Assembly: GCA_040386535.1 (NCBI GenBank)
Contig: JAZKFH010000027.1
Span: 166,648-195,794, forward strand
From: Myxococcota bacterium
Lineage (GTDB): Bacteria; Myxococcota_A; UBA796; SXON01
Direction of reading: 5' to 3'
DNA: 29,147 bases
The notes below the pieces were generated by a model. That model saw nothing but the letters and a program-made list of their open reading frames with translations. It had not been told where the DNA came from and did no database searches. A program made the translations under genes and the position numbers. Below, one piece after another: positions 13,265 through 22,640 of this stretch (position 1 is its first letter; each line of letters starts with the position of its first letter).

Positions 13265-14980
13265 ATGTCCAGCTCCAGCTTCTCCCCGGCCGACCGCGAC
13301 GCCGTGTACCGCGCGATCCACACCCGCCGGGACGTTCGCGCCTACCTGCCCGATCCGGTGCCCGAGGACGCGCTCGCCCGCGTGCTCGACGCGGCCCACC
13401 GGGCCCCGTCGGTGGGCTTCATGCAGCCGTGGAACTTCGTGCTGGTGGAGGACGTGCCGCTCCGTCGCGAGGTGTACGCGCACGTCGTCGCCACCTCTTC
13501 GAGAGCCGGCGCCACCTACACGGACGACCGCGCCGCCACCTACGCCGCGCTGAAGCTCCAGGGCATCCTCGACGCGCCGCTCAACATCATCGTCACGTGT
13601 GACCCCGAGCGCGGCGGCAACGTGCTCGGCCGCCACACGATGCGGGAGACGGACGCCTACTCCACCTGCCTCGCGGTGCAGAACCTCTGGCTCGCGGCCC
13701 GCGCCGAGGGGCTGGGCGTCGGGTGGGTGAGCATCCTCGAGCCGCCCGTGATCCGCGCGATCTTCGGCATCCCCGACCACGTGCTCGTCGTGGCCTACCT
13801 GACCGTGGGCTGGCCCGTGACCCTCCCGCCCGAGCCGATGTTGCAGTCGGTGGGGTGGCGATCGCGGCTGCGGCTGCGCGATCTCGTGTTCCGCGACCGG
13901 TGGGCGGCGCCGGTGGCGGAGCTGCCGGACGTGGCGGCGCCGTCGTCACCGGGCGTGGGTTCGGCGGTGCCCATCGGCGCGGCCGTACCCGGCGTCGAGG
14001 GGTCTGCCGCCGAGCGCAACCGCGCCCTCACCAAGCCTCCGGGCAGCCTCGGCCGTCTCGAAGCCGTGGCGCTCCAGGTGGCCCGGGTGCAGGGCGCGAC
14101 CTGGCCGCGTTGGCAGCGGCGCGCGCTCGTGCTCTGCGCCGGCGACCACGGCGTCGTGGCCGAGGGCGTGAGCGCCTACCGCGCCGAGGTCACCGCGCGC
14201 ATGGTCATCCAGTTCGTGGCGGGCGGCGCCGCGGTCAACGCGTTTGCGCGGCAGCACGGCCTCGCGCTCACCGTGGCGGACATCGGCGTGGACCACGACT
14301 TCGCCGGCGCCACCGGCGTGGTGGACGCGAAGGTGCGCCGGGGCACACGCAACCTCGCGGTCGAGGACGCCATGACCCCCGCGGAGTGTGAAGCCGCGAT
14401 CAACGCCGGGCGCGCCCTGGTCCCCGACTGCGATCTGCTCGCGGTCGGCGAGATGGGCATCGGCAACAGCACCAGCGCCGCCGCGCTCGTGTGCGCTCTC
14501 CTCGGCGAGCCGCCGGAGGCCATCGTGGGCCGCGGCACCGGCGTCGGCGAGGTGACGTGGGCGCGCAAGGTCGACGCGGTGGCGCGGGGGCTCGCGCGCG
14601 GGGGCGACCCGCTCCCGTCGCTCGGCGGCTACGAGATCGCCGCGCTGGTCGGCGTCATCGACGAGGCCGCGCTGCGCGGCATCCCCGTGGTGCTCGACGG
14701 CTTCATCACCGGCGCCGCGGCGCTCGAGGCGGTCCGCCGCCGGCCCGCGGTCCGCGACGTGTTGATCGGCGGCCACCGCTCCGCCGAGGCCGGCCACGCG
14801 CGGGTCCTCGACGCGCTCGGCCTCGAACCGCTGCTCGACCTCGGCATGCGCCTGGGGGAGGGGAGCGGCGCCGCGCTCGCGATGGGCCTGGTCGAGGCCG
14901 CGTGCCGCACGCTCTCGGAGATGCGGACGTTCGAGGAGGCGGGCATCGAGGACGCGGTTGCGCCGGGGGGGCGGGAGTAG
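13265..14980 (+). CDS. bluB-cobT: Fused 5,6-dimethylbenzimidazole synthase BluB / nicotinate-nucleotide-DMB phosphoribosyltransferase CobT
   Basis: N-half has RRDVR, APSVGFMQPWNF, LKLQGI and QNLWLAARAEGLGVGWVS (BluB). C-half has LTKPPGSLGRLE, AGDHGVVAEGVS, GEMGIGNST, LDGFI and RLGEGSGA (CobT). Confidence 0.92.
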   Translation: MSSSSFSPADRDAVYRAIHTRRDVRAYLPDPVPEDALARVLDAAHRAPSVGFMQPWNFVLVEDVPLRREVYAHVVATSSRAGATYTDDRAATYAALKLQGILDAPLNIIVTCDPERGGNVLGRHTMRETDAYSTCLAVQNLWLAARAEGLGVGWVSILEPPVIRAIFGIPDHVLVVAYLTVGWPVTLPPEPMLQSVGWRSRLRLRDLVFRDRWAAPVAELPDVAAPSSPGVGSAVPIGAAVPGVEGSAAERNRALTKPPGSLGRLEAVALQVARVQGATWPRWQRRALVLCAGDHGVVAEGVSAYRAEVTARMVIQFVAGGAAVNAFARQHGLALTVADIGVDHDFAGATGVVDAKVRRGTRNLAVEDAMTPAECEAAINAGRALVPDCDLLAVGEMGIGNSTSAAALVCALLGEPPEAIVGRGTGVGEVTWARKVDAVARGLARGGDPLPSLGGYEIAALVGVIDEAALRGIPVVLDGFITGAAALEAVRRRPAVRDVLIGGHRSAEAGHARVLDALGLEPLLDLGMRLGEGSGAALAMGLVEAACRTLSEMRTFEEAGIEDAVAPGGRE

Positions 14981-14993
14981 GGGCTACCCGGGC

Positions 14994-15614
14994 TCACCAG
15001 AGGGTCTTCGCCGCGCGCTCGGGCCACTCCGCGTCGTACGGGGCGCCGCCCACGCGGTCGTCGCTCAGGGCCGCGAGGATCGCGCCGGGCGTCGGGATCG
15101 CGACGGGGTCGACGTGGCGCTCGGGGTTCCACAGCTCCGAGCGGACGATGGCGCGGGCGCACTGGAAGTACACGCGCTCGACCCCGATGACGATGACCGA
15201 GCGCGGCGGCTGGCCCTTCACGGCGAACGAGGCGAGCAGCTCGGGATCGACGGAGAGGTGCGCCGTGCCTTGGAGCCGCAGCGTGGTGCCCGAGCCGGGG
15301 ATGAGGAAGAGCAGCGCCACGCGCGGATCCCGGACGATGTTCCGCAACGAGTCGCACCGGTTGTTGCCGCGCCGGTCGGGCATCATCACGGTCCGCTCGT
15401 CGACCACGCGGACCACGCGCCCGGCGTCGCCCCGCGGCGAGCAGTCGAGGCCCTCCGGGCCGGCGGTCGCGAGCGCCACGAAGGGCGAGGCGTCCATCAG
15501 GGCGCGGTAGTGCGGAGTGACCCTGTCGACCTCCTTGACGGTGGAGGCCTCGCCGGGGGCGCCGTAGAGCGCCTCGAGCTGTTCGATCGTGGTGAGGGTG
15601 TGCGGGGTGGGCAT
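14994..15614 (-). CDS. Pyridoxamine 5'-phosphate oxidase-family FMN-binding protein (MSMEG_1061-like)
   Basis: Motifs DCSPRGD, PDRRGNNRCDSLRNI, VALLFLIPG, YFQCARAIVRSELW. Confidence 0.88.
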   Translation of the reverse strand: MPTPHTLTTIEQLEALYGAPGEASTVKEVDRVTPHYRALMDASPFVALATAGPEGLDCSPRGDAGRVVRVVDERTVMMPDRRGNNRCDSLRNIVRDPRVALLFLIPGSGTTLRLQGTAHLSVDPELLASFAVKGQPPRSVIVIGVERVYFQCARAIVRSELWNPERHVDPVAIPTPGAILAALSDDRVGGAPYDAEWPERAAKTLW

Positions 15615-15687
15615 TCGGCGTTCTTAAGGCGGGGTTGGCGCCGGCGGCGCCGCGGGTGGGTTGGGTGAGGGCGGGGGGGCGCGCCGA

Positions 15688-15746
15688 CGACCGACCGGCC
15701 AACAGTAGGGGGCCTTGGCGCCAGGGGGTGGCACTCTTGGCCGGTG
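15688..15746. repeat. 59-bp palindromic REP-like element, copy 1
   Basis: ACCGGCCAACAGT...ACTCTTGGCCGGT arms around a CTGGCGCCAG-type core; 2 mismatches to copy 2. Confidence 0.85.
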
Positions 15747-15846
15747 TGGAGCGCGTTTTCGCCCAGATGGGGGCGCTGTCCCGCGTGCGGCTGTCGCGGG
15801 CGAGAGAACTATCGGCGTTTGTTCGTGCGGCGACGTTGCTCGTGGG

Positions 15847-15905
15847 CGACCGACCGGCCAACAGTAGGGGGCCCTGGCGCCAGGGGGTGCCACTCTTGGC
15901 CGGTG
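15847..15905. repeat. 59-bp palindromic REP-like element, copy 2
   Basis: Direct repeat of 15688-15746 after a 100-bp spacer; core CCCTGGCGCCAGGG is a perfect palindrome. Confidence 0.85.
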
Positions 15906-16023
15906 CATCGGCCGGCCCTCCCTGAACCGCACCCGGACGCGGCGATCGGGGTCGGGGCCTCCTTCGGGGACCGTCGGGTCGTGGTCCGCGGGTCCGCCGC
16001 GTTAGCCCCACGTCGAGGTGCCC

Positions 16024-16386
16024 ATGCCCGGACAAGTATTTCGTGGAGCGGCGGCCGATCCTTCCGCCACGTGGAACGACGGAACGCTCTTCGATCGCGA
16101 CGGGGTCACCGCGCTGCTCACCCGCAAGGGCAAGGCGTGGAACAAGGGCCGCGAGTCGGCTCCGGCCTGGCGCCAGAACGGCAACGTGTTCCAGCGCGGC
16201 GCGACCACCGAGCCATTCTGCCGCTTCGTGCAGGACCAGGTGATGAAGGGCAACAGCTACGACCTGCTGTACCGCGTCGTGGGCGACGGGCTCACCCGCG
16301 CGAACGGCCGCGAGGTGGTCGTGCGCGGCGCCGGGCTCACGCCCGAGGAGCTGTTGCTCGCGGCGCTGGTGTTCGACAACGCGTAG
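16024..16386 (+). CDS. Hypothetical protein with six 17-aa repeats and a C-terminal hydrophobic helix (beta-flower/Tubby-like candidate)
   Basis: GAGGTG RBS before ATG 16024; GC3-rich codons; 17-aa periodicity. Confidence 0.75.
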   Translation: MPGQVFRGAAADPSATWNDGTLFDRDGVTALLTRKGKAWNKGRESAPAWRQNGNVFQRGATTEPFCRFVQDQVMKGNSYDLLYRVVGDGLTRANGREVVVRGAGLTPEELLLAALVFDNA

Positions 16387-16401
16387 GGGAGGGCGGCGCT
16401 C

Positions 16402-17034
16402 TCAACGCTCAGACGAGAACGCTCCCGCCGCGCGCCGGACGTCGGTCACCCGGCCCGCTCGGAGCGCCTCGAGGGGCCGTTCTCCCCCGAGCGCGTCCCT
16501 CCCCGTGAGAAAGAACTGGACCGCCATGGCGGGCGGTGTCTCTCCCAGGGCCTCCAGCACGTCAGGGAACCCCGGCAGCACGCCGTCGTCGGTGAACTGC
16601 CACACCGGGTAGACGGCGCCGCGAACACCAGGGACGGCCAGCAGCTGGCCCTTCCGCTGGCGTTGATGGACGGCCTGGCGCGTACGGCTGAGCCGCTCGG
16701 ACACCTGCTCGGGCGTCAGCACCCCGCCCTCGGCGTCGAGCAGGGCGAGGAGGGCCTGACGGCCGGCGTCGCGGGCCCGGGTCCAGCGTGCGGAGGCGGT
16801 GAACTCTTGCTCATCAAGCGCCCGAAGCATCGGGGAAACCTGCGTGGGCGTGGCGAGCGCCTCGAGGAGCACCGACTCGTCCTGCTTCGCGAAGGCGAGC
16901 AGCTCACCGAGCGCGCGACGCAGGAACGCGACCCGCACGGGGTCGTTCGCGAGCGACGTCAGCGAGCGGCTGGTCTCCTCGATCCAGGCGTCCGAGCGGC
17001 GGGACGTCGAGGAGCGGGCGTGGGCGAGCGACAT
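16402..17034 (-). CDS. Putative antitoxin/DNA-binding protein (HTH plus Xre/MbcA/ParS-like C-terminus)
   Basis: HTH-like LTPEQVSERLSRTRQAVHQRQRKGQLL, then YPVWQF, then C-terminal FFLTGRDALGGERPLEALRAG; GGAG RBS; adjacent to a RES gene. Confidence 0.75.
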   Translation of the reverse strand: MSLAHARSSTSRRSDAWIEETSRSLTSLANDPVRVAFLRRALGELLAFAKQDESVLLEALATPTQVSPMLRALDEQEFTASARWTRARDAGRQALLALLDAEGGVLTPEQVSERLSRTRQAVHQRQRKGQLLAVPGVRGAVYPVWQFTDDGVLPGFPDVLEALGETPPAMAVQFFLTGRDALGGERPLEALRAGRVTDVRRAAGAFSSER

Positions 17035-17110
17035 GGTGAGGTCTCCGGTGGTGTGCCGGCCTTGGTCGGTAGCTGGACACCACTCAATAGATACGCTCGG
17101 CGCGCTTGTC

Positions 17111-17129
17111 TGTCCACAACGGGTAGACA
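17111..17129. promoter_or_regulatory. Candidate operator (inverted repeat) upstream of the antitoxin
   Basis: TGTCCAC-N5-GTAGACA, 7-bp arms with 1 mismatch, in an A/T-richer intergenic gap. Confidence 0.35.
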
Positions 17130-17147
17130 CGATCGTAAATCCGGACG

Positions 17148-17768
17148 TCAGCGATCGTCATCCGGTACCGGTAGATGGCCGCACTCCTCGAGGAGGTCGA
17201 GCGTCGAACCCAGGTCATCCATGAACGGCCGACTACGGTCCAGGACGAAAAGAGGCTCAGTCGCGCCACGATCGAAGAGGGCGACGGAGAGTTGATCCTG
17301 GCCGTGACGGGCCCGGTAGAGGATCCCGTCCACCCGCGCCGGGTGCTCGAAGAGCGCGCGTGACCACGCCTGCGACTCGGCGTAGTCGGATCCGGACATC
17401 ACCTCTCCAGGAATGCGGAGCTTCTTCTGCTGGTCCGCGAGGTCCACGAGCCGCAGTGGACGCGTGAGCGTCAAGCGCGACCATGCGCGCGCGAGGAGCC
17501 ACGATTCCGTGGGCCCGATTGGTATCGGTTTCCCAGGATGTGCCTCCAACCGCAAGGTCTCGAGGTAGGCCCCCTCGAGTTTCTCGCTGCCATAGAGCAC
17601 CCCGAACAGCATCTGAGGATCGTCGAAGCGGCACTCGCCCGTCCTCCCGAAATAGTCCGCGCCATAGACGATCTGGTGGACCCGGAAGAGCGGAGAGGTC
17701 CATTCGCGGAGCGGTAGCGTCAATCTCGCAAGGTCGAATGGCGCGTCAGTCATGATTGACGCCAGCAT
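17148..17768 (-). CDS. RES domain protein (putative NAD+-targeting toxin)
   Basis: LFRVH, RFDDP...GVLY, AYLETL, LRLVDL, YAESQAWS and DGILYRARH. Alternative start at 17753. Confidence 0.85.
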   Translation of the reverse strand: MLASIMTDAPFDLARLTLPLREWTSPLFRVHQIVYGADYFGRTGECRFDDPQMLFGVLYGSEKLEGAYLETLRLEAHPGKPIPIGPTESWLLARAWSRLTLTRPLRLVDLADQQKKLRIPGEVMSGSDYAESQAWSRALFEHPARVDGILYRARHGQDQLSVALFDRGATEPLFVLDRSRPFMDDLGSTLDLLEECGHLPVPDDDR

Positions 17769-17940
17769 GGTGTAAATAGAGGCGCAATCTGGGTCGGACC
17801 CGCAGCCGCCGACGCCGACGCGAGGAGGACCAGGGCGGGCGCTCGCCTCGCGAAAAGGGGCATCTCCGCTCCAGGTCGTCGACCTAACCCACTCGCCGGA
17901 GACGTCGCGCTGGAGGTGAAAACGCGGGACCCCCGACGCG

Positions 17941-17975
17941 AAACGGCCCCGTCGGACAGATCCGACAGGGCCGTT
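17941..17975 (-). terminator. Hairpin, probable terminator downstream of ahcY
   Basis: AACGGCCC-C-GTCGGA-CAGA-TCCGAC-A-GGGCCGTT stem-loop with a short T-run on the minus strand. Confidence 0.55.
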
Positions 17976-18052
17976 GGTTCACGAGAGAGTCGACCGCTAC
18001 GTGTCTCCGGGCGTTGCGGGGCGGAGCCCCGCCCCAAGAAACCCCAGCGCCC

Positions 18053-19624
<1,572 letters not shown>

Positions 19625-19679
19625 GGGGACCTCACTCGGAAGGAACGGAAGGGGGCGCCGGACGGTCCGCGCCCGGCTC

Positions 19680-19705
19680 CATTCGTTTATCCGAATAGAC
19701 GAATG
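19680..19705. promoter_or_regulatory. Palindromic operator candidate for the SahR-like regulator
   Basis: CATTCGTTTAT-CCGA-ATAGACGAATG, 11-bp arms with 1 mismatch, A/T-rich, between the divergent ahcY and regulator genes. Confidence 0.65.
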
Positions 19706-19733
19706 AAGCGCAAGCGGATACTTCGTATTCGTC

Positions 19734-20684
19734 ATGACAAGCCCCGTCTTCGATCGCCTCACGGCGCTGTCCGAGCCCATCCGGGTGCGCCTGTTGCGGG
19801 TGCTCGCTCGGGAGGAGCTGGCGGTCGGTGAGCTGGCGCGCGTGCTGCAAACGTCGCAGCCCACCGTGAGCCGGCACCTGAAGCAGCTGGACGAGGGCGG
19901 GTGGGTGCTGCGGCGCAAGGCGGGCACGGCCAGCTACTTTCGGCTCGCCTACCAGGAGCTGGAATCCGAGGCGCGCATGCTCTGGGAGCTCGTGTACGCG
20001 CAGATCGAGTTCGAGGCGACCGATCCGGCCAGCCAGTACGCGGAGGACCTGCGGCGGCTCGAAGGGGTGGTCGCGGCGCGCGCGTCCGACAGCGAGGAGC
20101 TGTTCCGGCGGCTCGGCGGGCGGTGGGACGGCGTGCGCAAGGAGCTGTTCGGCGAGGGGTACGTGCTGCCCGCGCTGCTCGCGTTGTTGCCGCCGGGGCA
20201 GGTCATCGCTGATCTGGGCTGTGGGACGGGCGCGATGTTGCCGCTGCTCGCGCCCGTGGCGGGGCGCGTGTACGGGATCGACCGCGAGGCCGCCATGTTG
20301 GAGGTGGCGGAGGAGCGCGCGCGGGAACTCCCAAATGTGACCCTGCGGCGCGGCCTGCTCGATGCGCTCCCGTTGGAGCCGGAGAGCGTCGATCTCGCGT
20401 TGTGTCAGCTCGTGCTCCACCACGTGCGCGACCTGCCGCCGGTCTACGCCGAGGTGGCCCGGGTGCTCGCGCCCGGCGGCCGCTGGGTGATCCTCGACAT
20501 GGTCGAGCACGATCGCGAGGAGTATCGCGACACGATGGGCCACCAGCACCTCGGCTTCTCCGAGGCGGGTACGCGGGCCTCGGCCGAGGCGGCGGGGCTC
20601 ACGGTGCGGGCGTGGCGGGTGTTGCCGCCGGATCCGGCGGCGCAGGGCCCGGCGTTGTTCGTGGCGGTGTTGGGGCGGGGGTAG
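19734..20684 (+). CDS. sahR: ArsR-family HTH plus SAM-dependent methyltransferase-like domain regulator (SahR-like)
   Basis: ArsR motif [25 protein letters not shown]; methyltransferase motifs [14 protein letters not shown] and [12 protein letters not shown]; next to ahcY. Confidence 0.82.
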   Translation: MTSPVFDRLTALSEPIRVRLLRVLAREELAVGELARVLQTSQPTVSRHLKQLDEGGWVLRRKAGTASYFRLAYQELESEARMLWELVYAQIEFEATDPASQYAEDLRRLEGVVAARASDSEELFRRLGGRWDGVRKELFGEGYVLPALLALLPPGQVIADLGCGTGAMLPLLAPVAGRVYGIDREAAMLEVAEERARELPNVTLRRGLLDALPLEPESVDLALCQLVLHHVRDLPPVYAEVARVLAPGGRWVILDMVEHDREEYRDTMGHQHLGFSEAGTRASAEAAGLTVRAWRVLPPDPAAQGPALFVAVLGRG

Positions 20685-20694
20685 GACGGGCCGC

Positions 20695-20723
20695 TTGCAA
20701 ATACGCTTCGACCGGCCCATAGT
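20695..20723 (+). promoter_or_regulatory. Sigma70-like promoter of the pilin gene
   Basis: TTGCAA-N17-CATAGT, followed by a GAGGTG RBS. Confidence 0.5.
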
Positions 20724-20744
20724 CGGGCGGTGCAGAGGTGGGCG

Positions 20745-21197
20745 ATGCGCCAGGGTTACAGCCTCGTCGAGCTGATGCTGACGGTCGTGATCATCGGCGT
20801 ACTCGCGATGATCGCCGTGCCCAACTTCCAGGACATGATGCTCAAGGCACGCAAGTCCGAGGCGGCTACCAACCTGCGCGGAATCGGCGACTCCTCGGTG
20901 GCCTACTTCGTCGCGAACGACACCTGGGTGACCGCGGCCACGAACCCGGGCTCGCCGATCGGAAGGACGGCGCGGCCGTGGAGAAAGGGGGAGCCCGGCT
21001 GGGTGAACCTGGGGTGGAGCCCGGACGGGCTGGTGCGCTGCACGTACATGGTCACCGCGTACGGATCGAACACGTGGGCGCGTGCCGACGCCTACTGCGA
21101 CGTGGATGACGACAACGACTCGGCCATCATCCGCTACTACGTGCCCGCGGCCGACCGCGAGGGGTACTTCACGGACCTGTACCCGTCCAAGTACTGA
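20745..21197 (+). CDS. Type IV pilin-like protein (prepilin N-terminal cleavage/methylation motif)
   Basis: MRQG|YSLVELMLTVVIIGVLAMIAVPNF...KARKSEA.TNL; two C-terminal Cys. Confidence 0.9.
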   Translation: MRQGYSLVELMLTVVIIGVLAMIAVPNFQDMMLKARKSEAATNLRGIGDSSVAYFVANDTWVTAATNPGSPIGRTARPWRKGEPGWVNLGWSPDGLVRCTYMVTAYGSNTWARADAYCDVDDDNDSAIIRYYVPAADREGYFTDLYPSKY

Positions 21198-21218
21198 GCC
21201 GTCCGGTGAGGCGCGCGG

Positions 21219-21593
21219 CTACGGCGTGACGCACTCGCGGGCGGGCAGCCCCTCGGCGTCCAGGATGGTGATCGTCTGCTTGCCGACGGGGCGGAGGCGG
21301 AGCCGGAGGGCGGCGCAGGCCACGTCCGCGACGGCGGGATCGGTGAGGCCGGGCCACGCGGGGTCGACCCGGCCGACCCAGCCCTCGGGCCCGACCTCGG
21401 AGAACTCGAGAAAAGGCGCCACGTCGGTGAAGCGGCCCTTCAGGTCCGGCGGGACGGGGTGGTTGACCACGTAGACGAGGCGCATGAACCCGGCGAGGGC
21501 GAGGGACGCGACGGCCAGGAGCGCGAGGCGCTGCGTGCGCGCGGCGGCGTGGCGTTGGGCGTCGGTCCGGTAGACGGGGCCTTGGTTGGACAT
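21219..21593 (-). CDS. Hypothetical single-pass membrane protein
   Basis: GGAG RBS; one hydrophobic segment LALLAVASLALAGFM; two Cys in the C-terminal part. Confidence 0.65.
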   Translation of the reverse strand: MSNQGPVYRTDAQRHAAARTQRLALLAVASLALAGFMRLVYVVNHPVPPDLKGRFTDVAPFLEFSEVGPEGWVGRVDPAWPGLTDPAVADVACAALRLRLRPVGKQTITILDAEGLPARECVTP

Positions 21594-21683
21594 CGGACCA
21601 GCTCCGTCCGGCGCATCGCACGGATGGTTGGAGTTTAGCAGAGGGGGGCTCCGCGGCGGGACCGACGCGGTAGGCTGCGCGCC

Positions 21684-21945
21684 ATGGCACCCGTCGATCC
21701 GCGTATCGTCGACCTGCCCGACCTCCTCGCGCGCATCGGCGACACGCCGCTCGTGCCGTTGCGCAACATCGGCCTCGGGCTGCCCGTGCCGGTGCTGGTC
21801 AAGTGTGAGCACCTGAACCCCGGGGGCAGCATCAGGGATCGCATCGCGCTCGCGATGGTGGCGGACGCGGTGCGCACTGGCGCGCTGACGCCGGGCCAAG
21901 CCGTGGATGGCGTGGTGGGCGCCTCGGTAGGGACCCAAGCGGGGG
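21684..21945 (+). pseudogene. Truncated cysteine synthase/cystathionine beta-synthase (PLP fold II) N-terminal fragment
   Basis: IGDTPLV...VLVKCEHLNPGGSIRDRIALAMV.DA...G.L.PG; the PLP-binding Lys position is Arg; homology decays after about 80 codons and runs into the convergent gene. Confidence 0.75.
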
Positions 21946-21979
21946 CGGGCCGTGTCGTGCGGCCCCACCCCAAGCCGTG

Positions 21980-22617
21980 TCAGGCCTTGAGCACCTTGAA
22001 CGCGTGCATCCAGTCGTTGCGCAGAAAACCGGGCGCGCACCAGAGCTGGCAGAGCGCCTCGATGGGGCCGGCGCCCTCGACGCCGCCGCGTCCTCGGTGT
22101 CCCAGCCCACCTCGGCCAACAGCTCGGTCACGGTGCCCTTGGCCGCCGCGTCATTCCCGCAGATGAACATCGTGGGGCGGCCGCCGGGGAGCGCCGGGTC
22201 GATCATCAGGCCGCTGCCGACGCAGGAGAACGCCTTGACGAAGCGCACGTCGGGCGCGAGGGCCTGGAGCCGCTGCATGAGCGCGTCGTTCGGGCCGGTG
22301 AAGTAGGGGAGGATGCCGTTGACCGGGGCGCCCGCGATGGGGTTGCACGTGTCGATCACGACCTTGCCGGCCAGCGCCGCGAGGCCGGCGACCTCGAGGG
22401 CCTCGGCGGCCGCGCCGCCCTGGACGGCCAGGATCACGATGTCGGCCTGCGCCGCGTCGGTGAAGTGCCCCACCTTCACGCCGGGCGCGGACTCGGCCCA
22501 CTCGGCCAGCTTGGCCGGGGTGCGCGACCCGATGGTCACCACGTGCCCGTGCTTCGCGAAGCCGGCCGCCAGTGTCTGCCCGACCTGACCCGAACCAATC
22601 ACACCAATGCTCGTCAT
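21980..22617 (-). pseudogene. NADP oxidoreductase / NADPH-dependent F420 reductase family, frameshifted at about 22088 (or a sequencing error)
   Basis: IGVIGSGQVG, IGSR, KVVIDTCNPI, VKAF and FICGNDAAAK. The C-terminus GGVEGAGPIEALCQLWCAPGFLRNDWMHAFKVLKA* is in another frame, with one base missing. Confidence 0.8.
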
Positions 22618-22640
22618 ACAACCCTCGGAAGACCCGACGG

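Noticed and set aside
15688..15905. Possible mini-CRISPR (repeat-spacer-repeat)
   Set aside because: A 59-bp repeat with a 100-bp spacer is outside usual CRISPR dimensions, there are only two copies, and there are no cas genes.
15940..15990. C-TTCG-G tetraloop hairpin suggesting an ncRNA
   Set aside because: The stem is short and imperfect, which is easily produced by chance at this GC content.
19625..19733. SAH or SAM riboswitch upstream of ahcY
   Set aside because: The gap is short and shared with a divergent promoter, and I cannot see riboswitch consensus elements. A protein operator explains it better (Infernal would settle this).
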